Below, in pieces: positions 1-8,399 of a DNA stretch of 64,000 bases (positions are counted from its first letter, which is position 1; each line of letters begins with the position of its first letter). The notes below the pieces were generated by a model. It did no database searches and had not been told where the DNA came from. It saw only the letters and a list, made by a program, of their open reading frames with translations. Origin of the DNA: Candidatus Woykebacteria bacterium RBG_13_40_15 (GTDB taxonomy: Bacteria; Patescibacteriota; Microgenomatia; Woykebacterales; RBG-16-39-9b). Position numbers and translations under genes: made by a program. The DNA lies in NCBI GenBank assembly GCA_001816655.1, contig MHCP01000025.1:78428-142427 (forward strand), in the 5' to 3' direction.

Positions 1-171
1 CGTTGGGAAGGAAAACTTCTTGTGATAAAAGACGTTCCAGTGGAAGTTTGTACCCAATGTGGCGAAAAATACTATTCTGCCGAAATTTCAAAAAAAATTG
101 ATGAACTTGCCCAAAGCAGCAGGAAACCGGAGAAAGTCTTAGAGGTGCCTGTTTTGGAATTTAGCCGTTAA
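1..171 (+). CDS. Partial CDS (C-terminal fragment) of a zinc-ribbon protein; the CxxC motif (CTQCGEKYYS) and layout resemble a YgiT/MqsA-type zinc-finger domain
   Basis: An open frame runs in from the window edge and ends at the TAA at 169-171. It translates to ...RWEGKLLVIKDVPVEVCTQCGEKYYSAEISKKIDELAQSS... Confidence 0.35.
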   Translation, partial: RWEGKLLVIKDVPVEVCTQCGEKYYSAEISKKIDELAQSSRKPEKVLEVPVLEFSR

Positions 172-176
172 GTTTC

Positions 177-332
177 TTATAAGTAAGCCTTTATAGCCTT
201 TCCTATATTTTCGAGCGCTTCTTCCTTAGTTTCTCCTTGAGACATGCAACCCGGTAAATTGACCACATCAGCAACAAAGCCACCAACAGCCGGATCTTCA
301 AACAATTCAACTACAAATTCCACTTTAGACAT
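177..332 (-). CDS. Small HicB-like (UPF0150 family) antitoxin-type protein, 51 aa
   Basis: The ORF is below the ORF-track size cutoff and was translated by hand: MSKVEFVVELFEDPAVGGFVADVVNLPGCMSQGETKEEALENIGKAIKAYL. The VPxLPGC...GxTxEEA motif is typical of HicB/UPF0150 proteins. Confidence 0.45.
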   Translation of the reverse strand: MSKVEFVVELFEDPAVGGFVADVVNLPGCMSQGETKEEALENIGKAIKAYL

Positions 333-430
333 GTGCTTGGATTATATCACGGAAACTAACTTTTCAAAATATGTTACTCAATGGCATAAATTTTCCCATT
401 GAGCTATAATTTTCCAAATTATTAAGAATT

Positions 431-1042
431 ATGGATAATGTTTCCCAAGCTCAATCAGATGCCGTTAGAAAAAAGGCGAATAACTGGGAGGGCTATCTCA
501 AAACCCTTTCAAATGAGTTAAATTCAACTCTAGAGTACTACTTTTTGCGAGAAGCTTCGCTTTGGGCAAGCACTTTTGCCTACATTGAATGGTTAATTGT
601 GTTCCATTTATATAAAACATTTCCTACAAAAAACGAAATCGCAAATACATTAAAAGAATTTTGGGGCTGGGATAAGGAAATTGGAGAAGTTTTTTGGACT
701 GCAGGGAGACATCCAATTGCTCACATAGGCCAAGCTAATTTTTTCCATTCATACCTAAATTTTAGAGATTTGCCTGCAAATGTTAGTTTTAATTCCTCAA
801 CTCGCTGGACAAAGGCGGTTACAGGTGATTGGGGTAAGTACAATCCTTTTGAGGGAGTGACAATTTACCCGCCTCTTGTTAGTGATAATGAGGTAGTTCA
901 AATTATAACTTTCTTTCATCAAATGATCCTTTCAGAGTTGTTGCCAAAGTTGGCAAATGGTGTTATAAGTCAAATTGAAAACGAGTCAAAAAGCGAGAAT
1001 CTTCAAAAAATTCTCGAACTGAATAAACAAATTCCACATTAG
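431..1042 (+). CDS. hypothetical protein
   Basis: A 203-aa ORF with low-GC codon usage like the neighbouring core genes. I see no recognisable motif. Confidence 0.5.
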   Translation: MDNVSQAQSDAVRKKANNWEGYLKTLSNELNSTLEYYFLREASLWASTFAYIEWLIVFHLYKTFPTKNEIANTLKEFWGWDKEIGEVFWTAGRHPIAHIGQANFFHSYLNFRDLPANVSFNSSTRWTKAVTGDWGKYNPFEGVTIYPPLVSDNEVVQIITFFHQMILSELLPKLANGVISQIENESKSENLQKILELNKQIPH

Positions 1043-1051
1043 TTTTAGTTT

Positions 1052-1624
1052 ATGAATACAGTAAAAGTTTTGATTGAAGGGTACGCTAAACAAGTAGAAA
1101 ACGGGTGGATTGCCAGTTCCACTGTTACTCTAGTTCAAAGCAATAATTTAAACATTATTGTCGATCCTGGTTGCAACCGCCAAAGATTGATAGATGAGCT
1201 AGCCAAAGAAGGTTTAAAGCCAACTGACATAGATTTTGTCCTCCTCACCCACTTCCACACCGACCACACCCTTTTGACCGGTATGTTTGAAAACGCAAAA
1301 GTTTTAAATGAGGAAGAAATTTACGACGGCGATAAACAAATTGATCACAACGGAAAAATTCCCGGCACAGATCTAAAAATAATTCCAACACCCGGCCACA
1401 GCGAAGACGGCGTTTCTCTGATAGTTCCTACAGACGAGGGCACCTACGCCGTAATTGGCGATGTATTTTGGTGGAAAGACAACGAAAAGCAAGTTCTCGA
1501 TATAAACAGGCCCGATCCTTATATTGACGATATGACCGAAATAATTCAAAGCCGAAAGAAAGTAATTAAACTCGCTGACTTCATAATCCCCGGCCACGGA
1601 AAAATAATGAAGGTAAGGAAATGA
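1052..1624 (+). CDS. MBL-fold metallo-hydrolase
   Basis: It has the HxHxDH zinc-binding motif (LLTHFHTDHT) and a downstream His/Asp (IIPGHG). Confidence 0.8.
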   Translation: MNTVKVLIEGYAKQVENGWIASSTVTLVQSNNLNIIVDPGCNRQRLIDELAKEGLKPTDIDFVLLTHFHTDHTLLTGMFENAKVLNEEEIYDGDKQIDHNGKIPGTDLKIIPTPGHSEDGVSLIVPTDEGTYAVIGDVFWWKDNEKQVLDINRPDPYIDDMTEIIQSRKKVIKLADFIIPGHGKIMKVRK

Positions 1625-1675
1625 ATGGGGCCCCCAAACAAGAGAGCCCCGTTGATGAGCATAGGTTGTTTCAGC

Positions 1676-2056
1676 CTACTGGACGATGATCTTCGCCTCC
1701 TCGCGACTTAACGCCATGGCCAGTGACCCCTCACCGATCAAAAGGCTACTAAACCAGTTAGCTGCGTACGGTTTGTTCGCAGCTAGCAGAGCTCGTGAAG
1801 CTTCCCTTGCTGAAACCGCGTAGCCATATCGCAGCTCTAAACCCCTTCCCACGAATGCGTGACTGTACATCATGATGGAGTCAGGTAGATTCGTGGCGTT
1901 GAACCTGACTCCAATTAGTGCCTTTTCGACCCATTCTGGGGCCTGACCGGCAAGCACTTTCACAACTTCTACTAGCACGAGGACACCTCCCCTTTCTAGG
2001 AAAAGCGTTGATGGACATCCATACGAACCGATTGGTTGAAGTATATCAAGAAGCAA
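1676..2056 (-). CDS. hypothetical protein in a higher-GC segment (about 1620-2100)
   Basis: This 126-aa ORF is the longest in a short GC-rich patch. No motif was recognised, and whether it is coding at all is uncertain. Confidence 0.25.
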   Translation of the reverse strand: MLLDILQPIGSYGCPSTLFLERGGVLVLVEVVKVLAGQAPEWVEKALIGVRFNATNLPDSIMMYSHAFVGRGLELRYGYAVSAREASRALLAANKPYAANWFSSLLIGEGSLAMALSREEAKIIVQ

Positions 2057-2131
2057 TTACTGGTTTCAACTATGAGTTTAATTGTAATAGGTTACTTTAA
2101 TCTTCAGTAAATTTGTGATACCTTTCCAATA

Positions 2132-2476
2132 ATGGGCAACAAAGTTCTTTTAAAAGGAACTGGGGCTAGTCCTGGAATAGTTCGCGGTATTGTAAGACTT
2201 GTAAAATTTCAAGAAGAGGTTGAAATGCTGAGCCAAGGAGAGATTTTGGTAACCTCTTTTATAAATCCTGATTTTGTCTCCTCAATTAAAAGAAATCCAA
2301 AAATTTCAGGGATAATAACAGACAAGGGCGGTGCTACTTGTCACGCAGCTATAATAGCAAGGGAGTTTAAAATATCTTATATTGCTGGCGCTGCCGGTGC
2401 AACGAAAAGATTAAAAAACAACCTGGAAGTAATTATAGATGGAGGAAAAGGGATTATTTATGAGGCTCCTCAATAA
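2132..2476 (+). CDS. Stand-alone PEP-utilising-enzyme mobile (swivel phosphohistidine) domain protein
   Basis: GGATCHAAIIAREFKI is the canonical phosphohistidine swivel-domain signature of PEP synthase, PPDK and rifampin phosphotransferase. Confidence 0.7.
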   Translation: MGNKVLLKGTGASPGIVRGIVRLVKFQEEVEMLSQGEILVTSFINPDFVSSIKRNPKISGIITDKGGATCHAAIIAREFKISYIAGAAGATKRLKNNLEVIIDGGKGIIYEAPQ

Positions 2477-3056
2477 GTTTAAAAAGGTTAAAGGCATAAA
2501 AGACTTAGGGAAATATAACTTGCCGACACCAGAAACAATTTTTATTTTTGATTTTGAAAAGCAAGAGAAAGAAATAGACGATTTTATAAAAAATAGAAGA
2601 TACCTGATGATAAGATCGGATAAAGAAAACGATATTGATTTTTGCCCTCATAATCTAGTTTGTCCAAAAGCAGAAGCTAAAGATTTTATCAAGGGGCTAG
2701 TATCAAAAAAATATGTGGTTATTCTTCAGGAATGTATTCCCTGGCAGGAAGATAAAATCTCTGGAAATATTTTGACCCTTAAAAATGAAATGCTAATAGA
2801 ATTAATGAAAGGAGGCCCATTAACTTTGCTAAACAGAGAAGGTAATGTAGATGAAAGTATAAAAATTAAAAGAAAGAATTTAGGGAAAAGAGAGTATTCT
2901 GGAAGAAGAATTATAAAGAAGAAAGATTTAGATACTATTCTAAGAATGGTTAAAGGGATGCAGCCTTATAAGATCGTAGAATTTAGTATTGGACCAAATT
3001 GGCTCTACTTTTGGCAAATAAGAGACGATAAAACAGCTAAAGAACTCGAGGGTTAA
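2439..3056 (+). CDS. hypothetical protein, possibly a PPDK/PEPS N-terminal-type nucleotide-binding domain
   Basis: It overlaps the upstream gene by 38 nt, which suggests translational coupling. LGKYNLPTPETIFI resembles the G.K..NL....LPVP.GF.I motif of PPDK_N domains. Confidence 0.4.
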   Translation: MEEKGLFMRLLNKFKKVKGIKDLGKYNLPTPETIFIFDFEKQEKEIDDFIKNRRYLMIRSDKENDIDFCPHNLVCPKAEAKDFIKGLVSKKYVVILQECIPWQEDKISGNILTLKNEMLIELMKGGPLTLLNREGNVDESIKIKRKNLGKREYSGRRIIKKKDLDTILRMVKGMQPYKIVEFSIGPNWLYFWQIRDDKTAKELEG

Positions 3057-3125
3057 CAGCTCTTCTTTTCATTAAAGATTCCAAATCGCCTTCTAACCTG
3101 TGGGAAATTTCCTCCCCGATACTAA

Positions 3126-3506
3126 TTAGAAATGCGGGATAAAAAGAATTGCGCCGATTATGACAGCGAAAACAGAAGTTAAAAGCACAGCGGCCGCTGC
3201 TACATCTTTAGCGAGTTTCGCATCTGGTAAAAGTTGCTCCTTTACGGCGATATCAACTACTACTTCAACCACAGTATTTATAAGTTCCGAAGCTAAAACA
3301 AGTCCAACCGTTAAAATTAAAATCAACCACTCAATCCTGGAGAAGTTTAGAAAACAAGCGGCAATCAGAGCAATTATTCCAACAACAATCTGAATTTGGA
3401 AGTTCCGTTGATTTAGTAATGCATGAGCGAGACCACCAGATGCTAAGCGAAAACTCTCTATACGATTTTTATTGCCATATGTTCCGATAGCCATACATGT
3501 GTTCAC
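3126..3506 (-). CDS. dgkA: diacylglycerol/undecaprenol kinase DgkA family
   Basis: A 126-aa, three-TM protein with ASELINT(V)VE...VD, which matches the DgkA E..N.AIE..VD signature. Confidence 0.75.
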   Translation of the reverse strand: MNTCMAIGTYGNKNRIESFRLASGGLAHALLNQRNFQIQIVVGIIALIAACFLNFSRIEWLILILTVGLVLASELINTVVEVVVDIAVKEQLLPDAKLAKDVAAAAVLLTSVFAVIIGAILFIPHF

Positions 3507-3507
3507 G

Positions 3508-3582
3508 TGGTGCCGAGGGGCGGAATTGAACCGCCGACGCCGGCTTTTTCAGAGCCGCGCTCTACCACTGAGCTACCTCGGC
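3508..3582 (-). tRNA. tRNA-Phe (anticodon GAA)
   Basis: I folded the reverse complement by hand: acceptor GCCGAGG, D arm GCTC/GAGC, anticodon loop CTGAAAA, T arm GGCGG-TTCAATT-CCGCC, CCA encoded. Confidence 0.85.
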
Positions 3583-3688
3583 ACGTAGCAATACATTATA
3601 TAAGAATACAAACTATTCGTCCAACCAATCTGTTGGACGGTACCCCGATTGAATCGGGGTGGCTTCCTCGGCCTGCCCGCCATATTTT

Positions 3689-3766
3689 TGGTGGAACCGG
3701 GAGGATTCGAACCTCCGGCCTTCTCGGTGTAAACGAGACGCTCTGGACCAACTGAGCTACGGTTCC
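3689..3766 (-). tRNA. tRNA-Val (anticodon TAC)
   Basis: Acceptor GGAACCG/CGGTTCC, anticodon stem TCTCG/CGAGA with loop TTTACAC, T arm GGAGG-TTCGAAT-CCTCC, CCA encoded. Confidence 0.85.
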
Positions 3767-3776
3767 GCTTTGGCAG

Positions 3777-3820
3777 GCGGGTGTAAACGAGGCGCTCTAG
3801 CCAACTGAGCTAACCGTCCC
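3777..3820 (-). pseudogene. Truncated tRNA-Val-like 5' fragment
   Basis: GGGACGGTTAGCTCAGTTGGCTAGAGCGCCTCGTTTACAC is about 44 nt matching the 5' half of the adjacent tRNA-Val. It loses complementarity after the anticodon loop and has no T arm. Confidence 0.5.
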
Positions 3821-3822
3821 TA

Positions 3823-3909
3823 TGGTGCGGACGAGAGGACTTGAACCTCCACAGGATTGCTCCCACAGCCTCCTCAAGGCTGCGCGTCTACCAATTCCGC
3901 CACGTCCGC
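3823..3909 (-). tRNA. tRNA-Leu (anticodon GAG)
   Basis: An 87-nt class II tRNA with a long variable arm. Acceptor GCGGACG/CGTCCGC, anticodon loop TTGAGGA, T arm GGAGG-TTCAAGT-CCTCT, CCA encoded. Confidence 0.85.
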
Positions 3910-3917
3910 AAGTATCC

Positions 3918-4005
3918 TGGTGCCGGGAGGGGGACTCGAACCCCCACGAACTCATCGCTCCCAGGATTTTAAGTCCTGTGCGTCTACCAATTCCGCCATC
4001 CCGGC
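3918..4005 (-). tRNA. tRNA-Leu (anticodon TAA)
   Basis: An 88-nt class II tRNA. Acceptor GCCGGGA/TCCCGGC, anticodon loop CTTAAAA, T arm GGGGG-TTCGAGT-CCCCC, CCA encoded. Confidence 0.85.
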
Positions 4006-4093
4006 AAGACTTAGTAATTCTAACAAATTTACCCTTAATTTCCAAGTTCTAACACTTGTTTTACAAAGGCCAATTAGATATGATTAGCTACGA

Positions 4094-4789
4094 ATGTTTT
4101 CTACACTAATTGCTACCTGGATGACGGTTGTGTATAAACCGTTATATAATTTGGTCGTATTTACGTACAATCTTACCCCCGGTCCTAGTTTTGGATTGAC
4201 AGTTCTTGGATTGGCTTTGCTTATCCGTTTTCTCCTTCTTTATTTTACCCTGCAAGGTTATAAACATGACAAAATGTTAGCAGAAGTAAAACCGCAGATC
4301 GCGAAAATAGAACATGATGATAGGCTCTCCCCAAAGGACAAGCTTCAGAAAATAGGTAATATAACAAAGCCTCTTGGAATAAGCCCATTTGCTAGTTCAG
4401 TTCCTCTTTTTTCCCAACTTCTCTTCCTGGGAGTGCTTTATCAAATAATTCAGGTTGGTCTGACACCATCTGGATTCTCTAACTTATATTCCTTTATAGG
4501 ACACCCAAGTTCTTTCAACACTGATTTTTTGGGGTTCAATATGGCACGGCCGAGCTTAATTCTTGCGATGGTGGCTGTTTTCCTACTATTTCTTGAAAGA
4601 CTTTGGGAGTATACGGAAAAGAAGGACGTATTACGAACTAGTTTTTCTCAAATTTGGGACCCATTGATTTGGCCGGCTGGTAGTCTTATACTTTTATTAG
4701 TGTTACCTAGTGCAAAGGCAATTTTTTTAATAACTTCTGTTGCCTTTTCACTAACAATAAAGTCTATCGTTCATCTTACTAGGCGATAA
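4094..4789 (+). CDS. yidC: YidC/Oxa1-family membrane protein insertase (short form)
   Basis: TM helices plus GLALLIRFLLLYFT...MLAEVKPQIAKIE...KLQKIGNITKPLGISPFASSVPLFSQLLFLGV, matching the conserved YidC core (LxIRxLLxPL, MQxLQPxMKxIQ, PLxGCLPxLxQxP). Confidence 0.7.
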   Translation: MFSTLIATWMTVVYKPLYNLVVFTYNLTPGPSFGLTVLGLALLIRFLLLYFTLQGYKHDKMLAEVKPQIAKIEHDDRLSPKDKLQKIGNITKPLGISPFASSVPLFSQLLFLGVLYQIIQVGLTPSGFSNLYSFIGHPSSFNTDFLGFNMARPSLILAMVAVFLLFLERLWEYTEKKDVLRTSFSQIWDPLIWPAGSLILLLVLPSAKAIFLITSVAFSLTIKSIVHLTRR

Positions 4790-4798
4790 GGAGAAAAA

Positions 4799-5362
4799 AT
4801 GGCATCATTTGATCAATTAGTAATTTCCTTTTTGGTTGACGAGATTGCTGGTGGTTTTTTTGCTGACGTTCCACCAGGACATGTCGCGACAGTTTATGAT
4901 CGTGGGAGAGGGGTTTTGAAACACACCTGGGGGCCTGGATTGCACTTCAAAATCCCCTTTTGGCAAAGAGCAAAAATATTCAATGCTCAAACGCTTGAAT
5001 ACACGATTCGCGATAATTTTAACGCTGATGAAAACAAAGAGTCTCTTGGAGACAGCATGATAAACGCTGTTACATCCGACAATGTGAATGTTCAAATCAA
5101 GGGTACTATACTTTTTAGAATTAATAAAGAAAATGTGGTATCTCTCTGGGAAAATATCGGCGAAAATTTTGTTTCAAAAATAGTCCGTCCAGTATCCAGG
5201 AGTAGAATACGAGGTGTTATTTCTCAAGTAACGTTTGCCCAGATTAATACTCACAGGCATGAGATCGAATCAAAAATAAAAGAAATGCTTGAATCTGAGT
5301 TCGCACCAAAAGGTATCATTGTCGAAAACGTTCTACTTTCCGATGTTGTCCAACCGGGGTAA
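4799..5362 (+). CDS. SPFH/band-7 domain protein (short)
   Basis: GLHFKIPFWQRAKIF...VNVQIKGTILFRI has the SPFH beta-strand pattern. It is shorter than typical HflC/K-type proteins. Confidence 0.55.
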   Translation: MASFDQLVISFLVDEIAGGFFADVPPGHVATVYDRGRGVLKHTWGPGLHFKIPFWQRAKIFNAQTLEYTIRDNFNADENKESLGDSMINAVTSDNVNVQIKGTILFRINKENVVSLWENIGENFVSKIVRPVSRSRIRGVISQVTFAQINTHRHEIESKIKEMLESEFAPKGIIVENVLLSDVVQPG

Positions 5363-5471
5363 CTCTTTTCGAGGGCATTTAATTAATCCTACCTTGACTT
5401 TTTCCCTAGAAAGAAATAAATTTTCTGATTAGATTGCCAGCTACACCAGCCAGACTAGAAAGGAGGGAGCC

Positions 5472-6200
5472 TTGCCTGAAACTAAGCATGCGAAAGAATT
5501 AACAGCTCTGGAGCATCGTAGCCTTTTGCTTGCTCTAAGAGAACCCTCTTCCACGTTCAGACAGATCGTGGAGGAAATCGAAGGAGAGCGTTGGTGTCGT
5601 AACGCAGCGAAAGAAGATCTGCTATTGTGGATCAAAGAAGCTCTTCAAGGTGCAGTAGATAAGATCGGTCGTAGATGGGCTAACACACACCCACGTAGCT
5701 TCCCTGGAGAGCTTAAGCAAAGATATTTCGACCTAAACGCATTCCGTGATGCAATGGCTCATATAATCGCTTGTTGGGAGGAAGAGCTCTCTGATAGAAG
5801 GTTGGAAGAGGAGCAGATTACTCATCAAGAGGCGAATCTTCCAGGTGGGTTTGAGCCCCCTCGGTTCGAAGCAGAACCAGTCCCTGTCGAAGAAGAAGAA
5901 GAAGAAGAAGAAAGGATGGTGGTAGAAAGCACTTCGGGTGAGATCACCCATCCCGTAGCATCTGGTCAGACGCAACAAATTACCCCACCTCGGGTCTGCC
6001 CAAGATGCAGGGGTACTATGATCGCCGAGCGTGATTGGTACGGCTCTTACAGAAGCTGCCTCAATTGTGGCAATGTTCAAGAGCTAGATTCTGCCAACAT
6101 TGCTCGTGCGGAAGAAATACTCACTCCAAGTGGAGGTGGAGACAACGAAAGGAAGAGAACGAAAGGCCCAAGCACAAGGCACGGGACCTTAAGGCTTTAG
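5472..6200 (+). CDS. hypothetical acidic protein with C-terminal C4 zinc ribbon, in a higher-GC segment
   Basis: It has CPRCRG...CLNCG and an internal poly-Glu run encoded by (GAA)8. GC is visibly higher than the flanking genes. Confidence 0.35.
   Translation: MPETKHAKELTALEHRSLLLALREPSSTFRQIVEEIEGERWCRNAAKEDLLLWIKEALQGAVDKIGRRWANTHPRSFPGELKQRYFDLNAFRDAMAHIIACWEEELSDRRLEEEQITHQEANLPGGFEPPRFEAEPVPVEEEEEEEERMVVESTSGEITHPVASGQTQQITPPRVCPRCRGTMIAERDWYGSYRSCLNCGNVQELDSANIARAEEILTPSGGGDNERKRTKGPSTRHGTLRL
5888..5911 (+). repeat. (GAA)8 trinucleotide microsatellite inside the CDS (poly-Glu)
   Basis: gaagaagaagaagaagaagaagaa is visible in the sequence. Confidence 0.9.
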
Positions 6201-6263
6201 AAGGGTCAGCTGCAAACGTGGTTGGCCCTTCTGTCACATTTAATTGGTCGTTAATTTTTAGAT

Positions 6264-6953
6264 TTAGAATTTAAATTTGGCTACAAAATCGAAACTGCAA
6301 GTGCAAGGCGCATTTTTACAAACATGGCAATCATTAGAAAAAAGAGTTGAGAGTTCTTTTGAAACATCCACCTCAATTGAATTAAATACCCCCATCAGAC
6401 AGGAGTAAAGATCAGCTGCTTCTTTTGAAATTTTATCAAAATCCTCTTCTTTGTGCTGACCACGAAAAGTCAAGACGCTTTCAGAAAACTCGCCCAATTC
6501 TTCTGCCAGGTGAATACCCCCATGTTCCAAGCTCCTCTCCTCAGGAGGATAAATTCTCCTAAACATTTTTTGAAAGTCACTTAAAGTTGCTGGTTTCAAG
6601 GCCTTAACATTATTAGGAATGGATTTGCGTTTTTTAACCTTTTTCTCCTTACAGGAACATGGGCAAGTACTACAATAAGAGCAAAGATAAGGAAACCTAC
6701 TCCAAATTTCATCCTCAATTTGTATATGAAGATGGTTCATTATAGACATGAGCCAACTAAGTGAGAGTAAAAGATTAATTTTTGTTTTTTCCCGGTCTTT
6801 TTTTCGAATACCTTTCAGTCCCCTCATTGCAAATCTTTGTGTATTAGTCAGCAAGTTACCGACACTATAATTTCGCATATTGTGTAGACCATAGACTTGT
6901 TGAACGAAATCTTGGTATTCAGAAATTGTGCTATTAGGCTTAACCGATGGCAT
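6264..6953 (-). CDS. hypothetical protein with a MazG-like NTP-pyrophosphohydrolase motif and a Cys-rich insert
   Basis: IHLAEELGEFSE resembles the MazG EExGE metal-binding helix. CSYCSTCPCSC forms a Cys cluster. Confidence 0.35.
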   Translation of the reverse strand: MPSVKPNSTISEYQDFVQQVYGLHNMRNYSVGNLLTNTQRFAMRGLKGIRKKDREKTKINLLLSLSWLMSIMNHLHIQIEDEIWSRFPYLCSYCSTCPCSCKEKKVKKRKSIPNNVKALKPATLSDFQKMFRRIYPPEERSLEHGGIHLAEELGEFSESVLTFRGQHKEEDFDKISKEAADLYSCLMGVFNSIEVDVSKELSTLFSNDCHVCKNAPCTCSFDFVAKFKF

Positions 6954-7068
6954 AAGTGCCTCTATTGTAGTTTTAAATAGACCAAAAAGTCAATTATAGG
7001 TTAGTTTAGAGATGGCAAAATCAATTCTATGGTGAGCATGTCGAATCCATGTATAATTAAATAGGTGA

Positions 7069-7701
7069 TTGGGGGCTAAATTGAAAAACTTACACAGGTA
7101 TTATTCGATCTTCTCTTACAAGTTTACGCAGTTAATTATCGCTTGTACCGCCGTTTTTGTTCTATCGTTGGTAGTAAAACTATTTCCGATTTCACAACTA
7201 GAGATAGCCTTATTCCGTTTGATTAATCACCTACCAGGCGTGCTTTATTTACCTTTAGTTATAATAATGCAGGCTGGTGCTTATTTTTCGATACTTATCT
7301 TTGCAACTATTGCTTTTGTTTTTAAGAAAAGGTTTCTTGCAGCAGAGTTACTTTTTGGTGGGACGTTAGCTTGGATTCTAGCTTGGGCTATAAAGTTAGC
7401 TGTTGTTAGACCTAGGCCTTTTGAAGTTTTAAGCCAAGTTTCATTGCGTGAATCAAATGTATATGGTTTTGGATTTCCTTCCGCGCACGCAGCAGTTGCC
7501 GCCGCTCTTGTAGCTGTCGCAAGCTTTCACTTCAAGAGTTGTTATTCATGGCTACTTTGGGTAGCAGTATTGATTGTTGCTTTTGCAAGAATTTATATGG
7601 GAGTTCATCTTCCGCTTGATGTAGCGGGAGGAGTTGCCTTGGGTTGGTTTGCGGGCCTTTTTACCCAATTAATTTTCAAATCTACCAGAAAAAGCGATTG
7701 A
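7069..7701 (+). CDS. PAP2-family phosphatase (undecaprenyl-diphosphatase-like membrane phosphatase)
   Basis: The PAP2 motifs KxxxxxxRP (KLAVVRPRP), PSGH (FPSAHA) and SRxxxxxHxxxD (ARIYMGVHLPLD) are present, with multiple TM helices. Confidence 0.75.
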   Translation: MGAKLKNLHRYYSIFSYKFTQLIIACTAVFVLSLVVKLFPISQLEIALFRLINHLPGVLYLPLVIIMQAGAYFSILIFATIAFVFKKRFLAAELLFGGTLAWILAWAIKLAVVRPRPFEVLSQVSLRESNVYGFGFPSAHAAVAAALVAVASFHFKSCYSWLLWVAVLIVAFARIYMGVHLPLDVAGGVALGWFAGLFTQLIFKSTRKSD

Positions 7702-7703
7702 AT

Positions 7704-8156
7704 CTACTTAATATATTCGGTATAACCGCCAAGAAGGTTATAAACTTCCCTGAAGCTTTCTTGTTTAAACACCTCAAGTGCTTTGGAGCTTCGGCCGCCG
7801 GATTTACAGTAAATTAGATAGGCACCATTTTTGTCTAAGGAAGCAATTTTTGATTCGAAATCGCTTTGGTAAAAGTCAATGTTAGTAGCATTTTCAATAT
7901 GCCCTTGTGCAAACTCGTCGGGAGTTCTAATGTCAATTATAAGAAAGTCTTTATTACCAGAGTTTCGTTTGATTAGTTCCTTAGCGTCAGTGGTGGAGAT
8001 TGATTGATAAGTCTCCGTTTTAGCCTGTAAAATATTATTTGTATTACCCTCTTTGGAAACTTCTTTAGTTTTAGAGTTTCCAATGACAACAAAAATTCCA
8101 AAAATTGCTCCAATTATTAAAATACCTATTACGAAAAGTTTTGTATTGTTTTTCAT
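7704..8156 (-). CDS. membrane-anchored rhodanese-domain sulfurtransferase
   Basis: Rhodanese fold with the active-site loop CKSGGRS and one N-terminal TM. The start was chosen at MKNNTKLFVIG; the 40 codons upstream that extend the ORF track overlap a dispersed repeat and are probably not coding. Confidence 0.7.
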   Translation of the reverse strand: MKNNTKLFVIGILIIGAIFGIFVVIGNSKTKEVSKEGNTNNILQAKTETYQSISTTDAKELIKRNSGNKDFLIIDIRTPDEFAQGHIENATNIDFYQSDFESKIASLDKNGAYLIYCKSGGRSSKALEVFKQESFREVYNLLGGYTEYIK

Positions 8157-8209
8157 GTAGCAATTGTAACAGAAATAATTATTAATTTCTGGGGGACTGA
8201 GAGTTGTCT

Positions 8210-8271
8210 GGTGTACTAAATTTATCCTGAGCGAAGTCGAAGGAAAGCGAAGGTTTAGAACTTTTTGTGCC
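8210..8271. repeat. Dispersed repeat family, copy A (partial)
   Basis: ggtgtactaaatttatcctgagcgaag...gaaggtttagaactttttgtgcc shares the 3' block (GTAGGAGAAYYTTTTRGTGC-like) and the ttatcctgagc block with copy B. Confidence 0.6.
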
Positions 8272-8399
8272 GACATCTAACCAGCCGCTTCTAGAATCTT
8301 TAAAACAACTTTATGATGTTTTTCTGAATTTCTCAATTACTTAATGTTATATATTAGTATTGATTTTTTCAACTTAAAAAAGTATCATGCTATTATACG

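Noticed and set aside
2132-3056. Single frameshifted PEP synthase gene
   Set aside because: The domain order (swivel His domain before the nucleotide-binding-like domain) is the reverse of a PEP synthase, so a simple frameshift does not restore a canonical gene. An indel cannot be excluded without reads.
3507-4087. Five ORF-track entries (3507-3755, 3797-4045, 3822-4052, 3857-4087 and others) overlapping the tRNA cluster
   Set aside because: They are fully explained by the tRNA genes; their proline/arginine-rich translations are typical artefacts of reading through GC-rich tRNA sequence.
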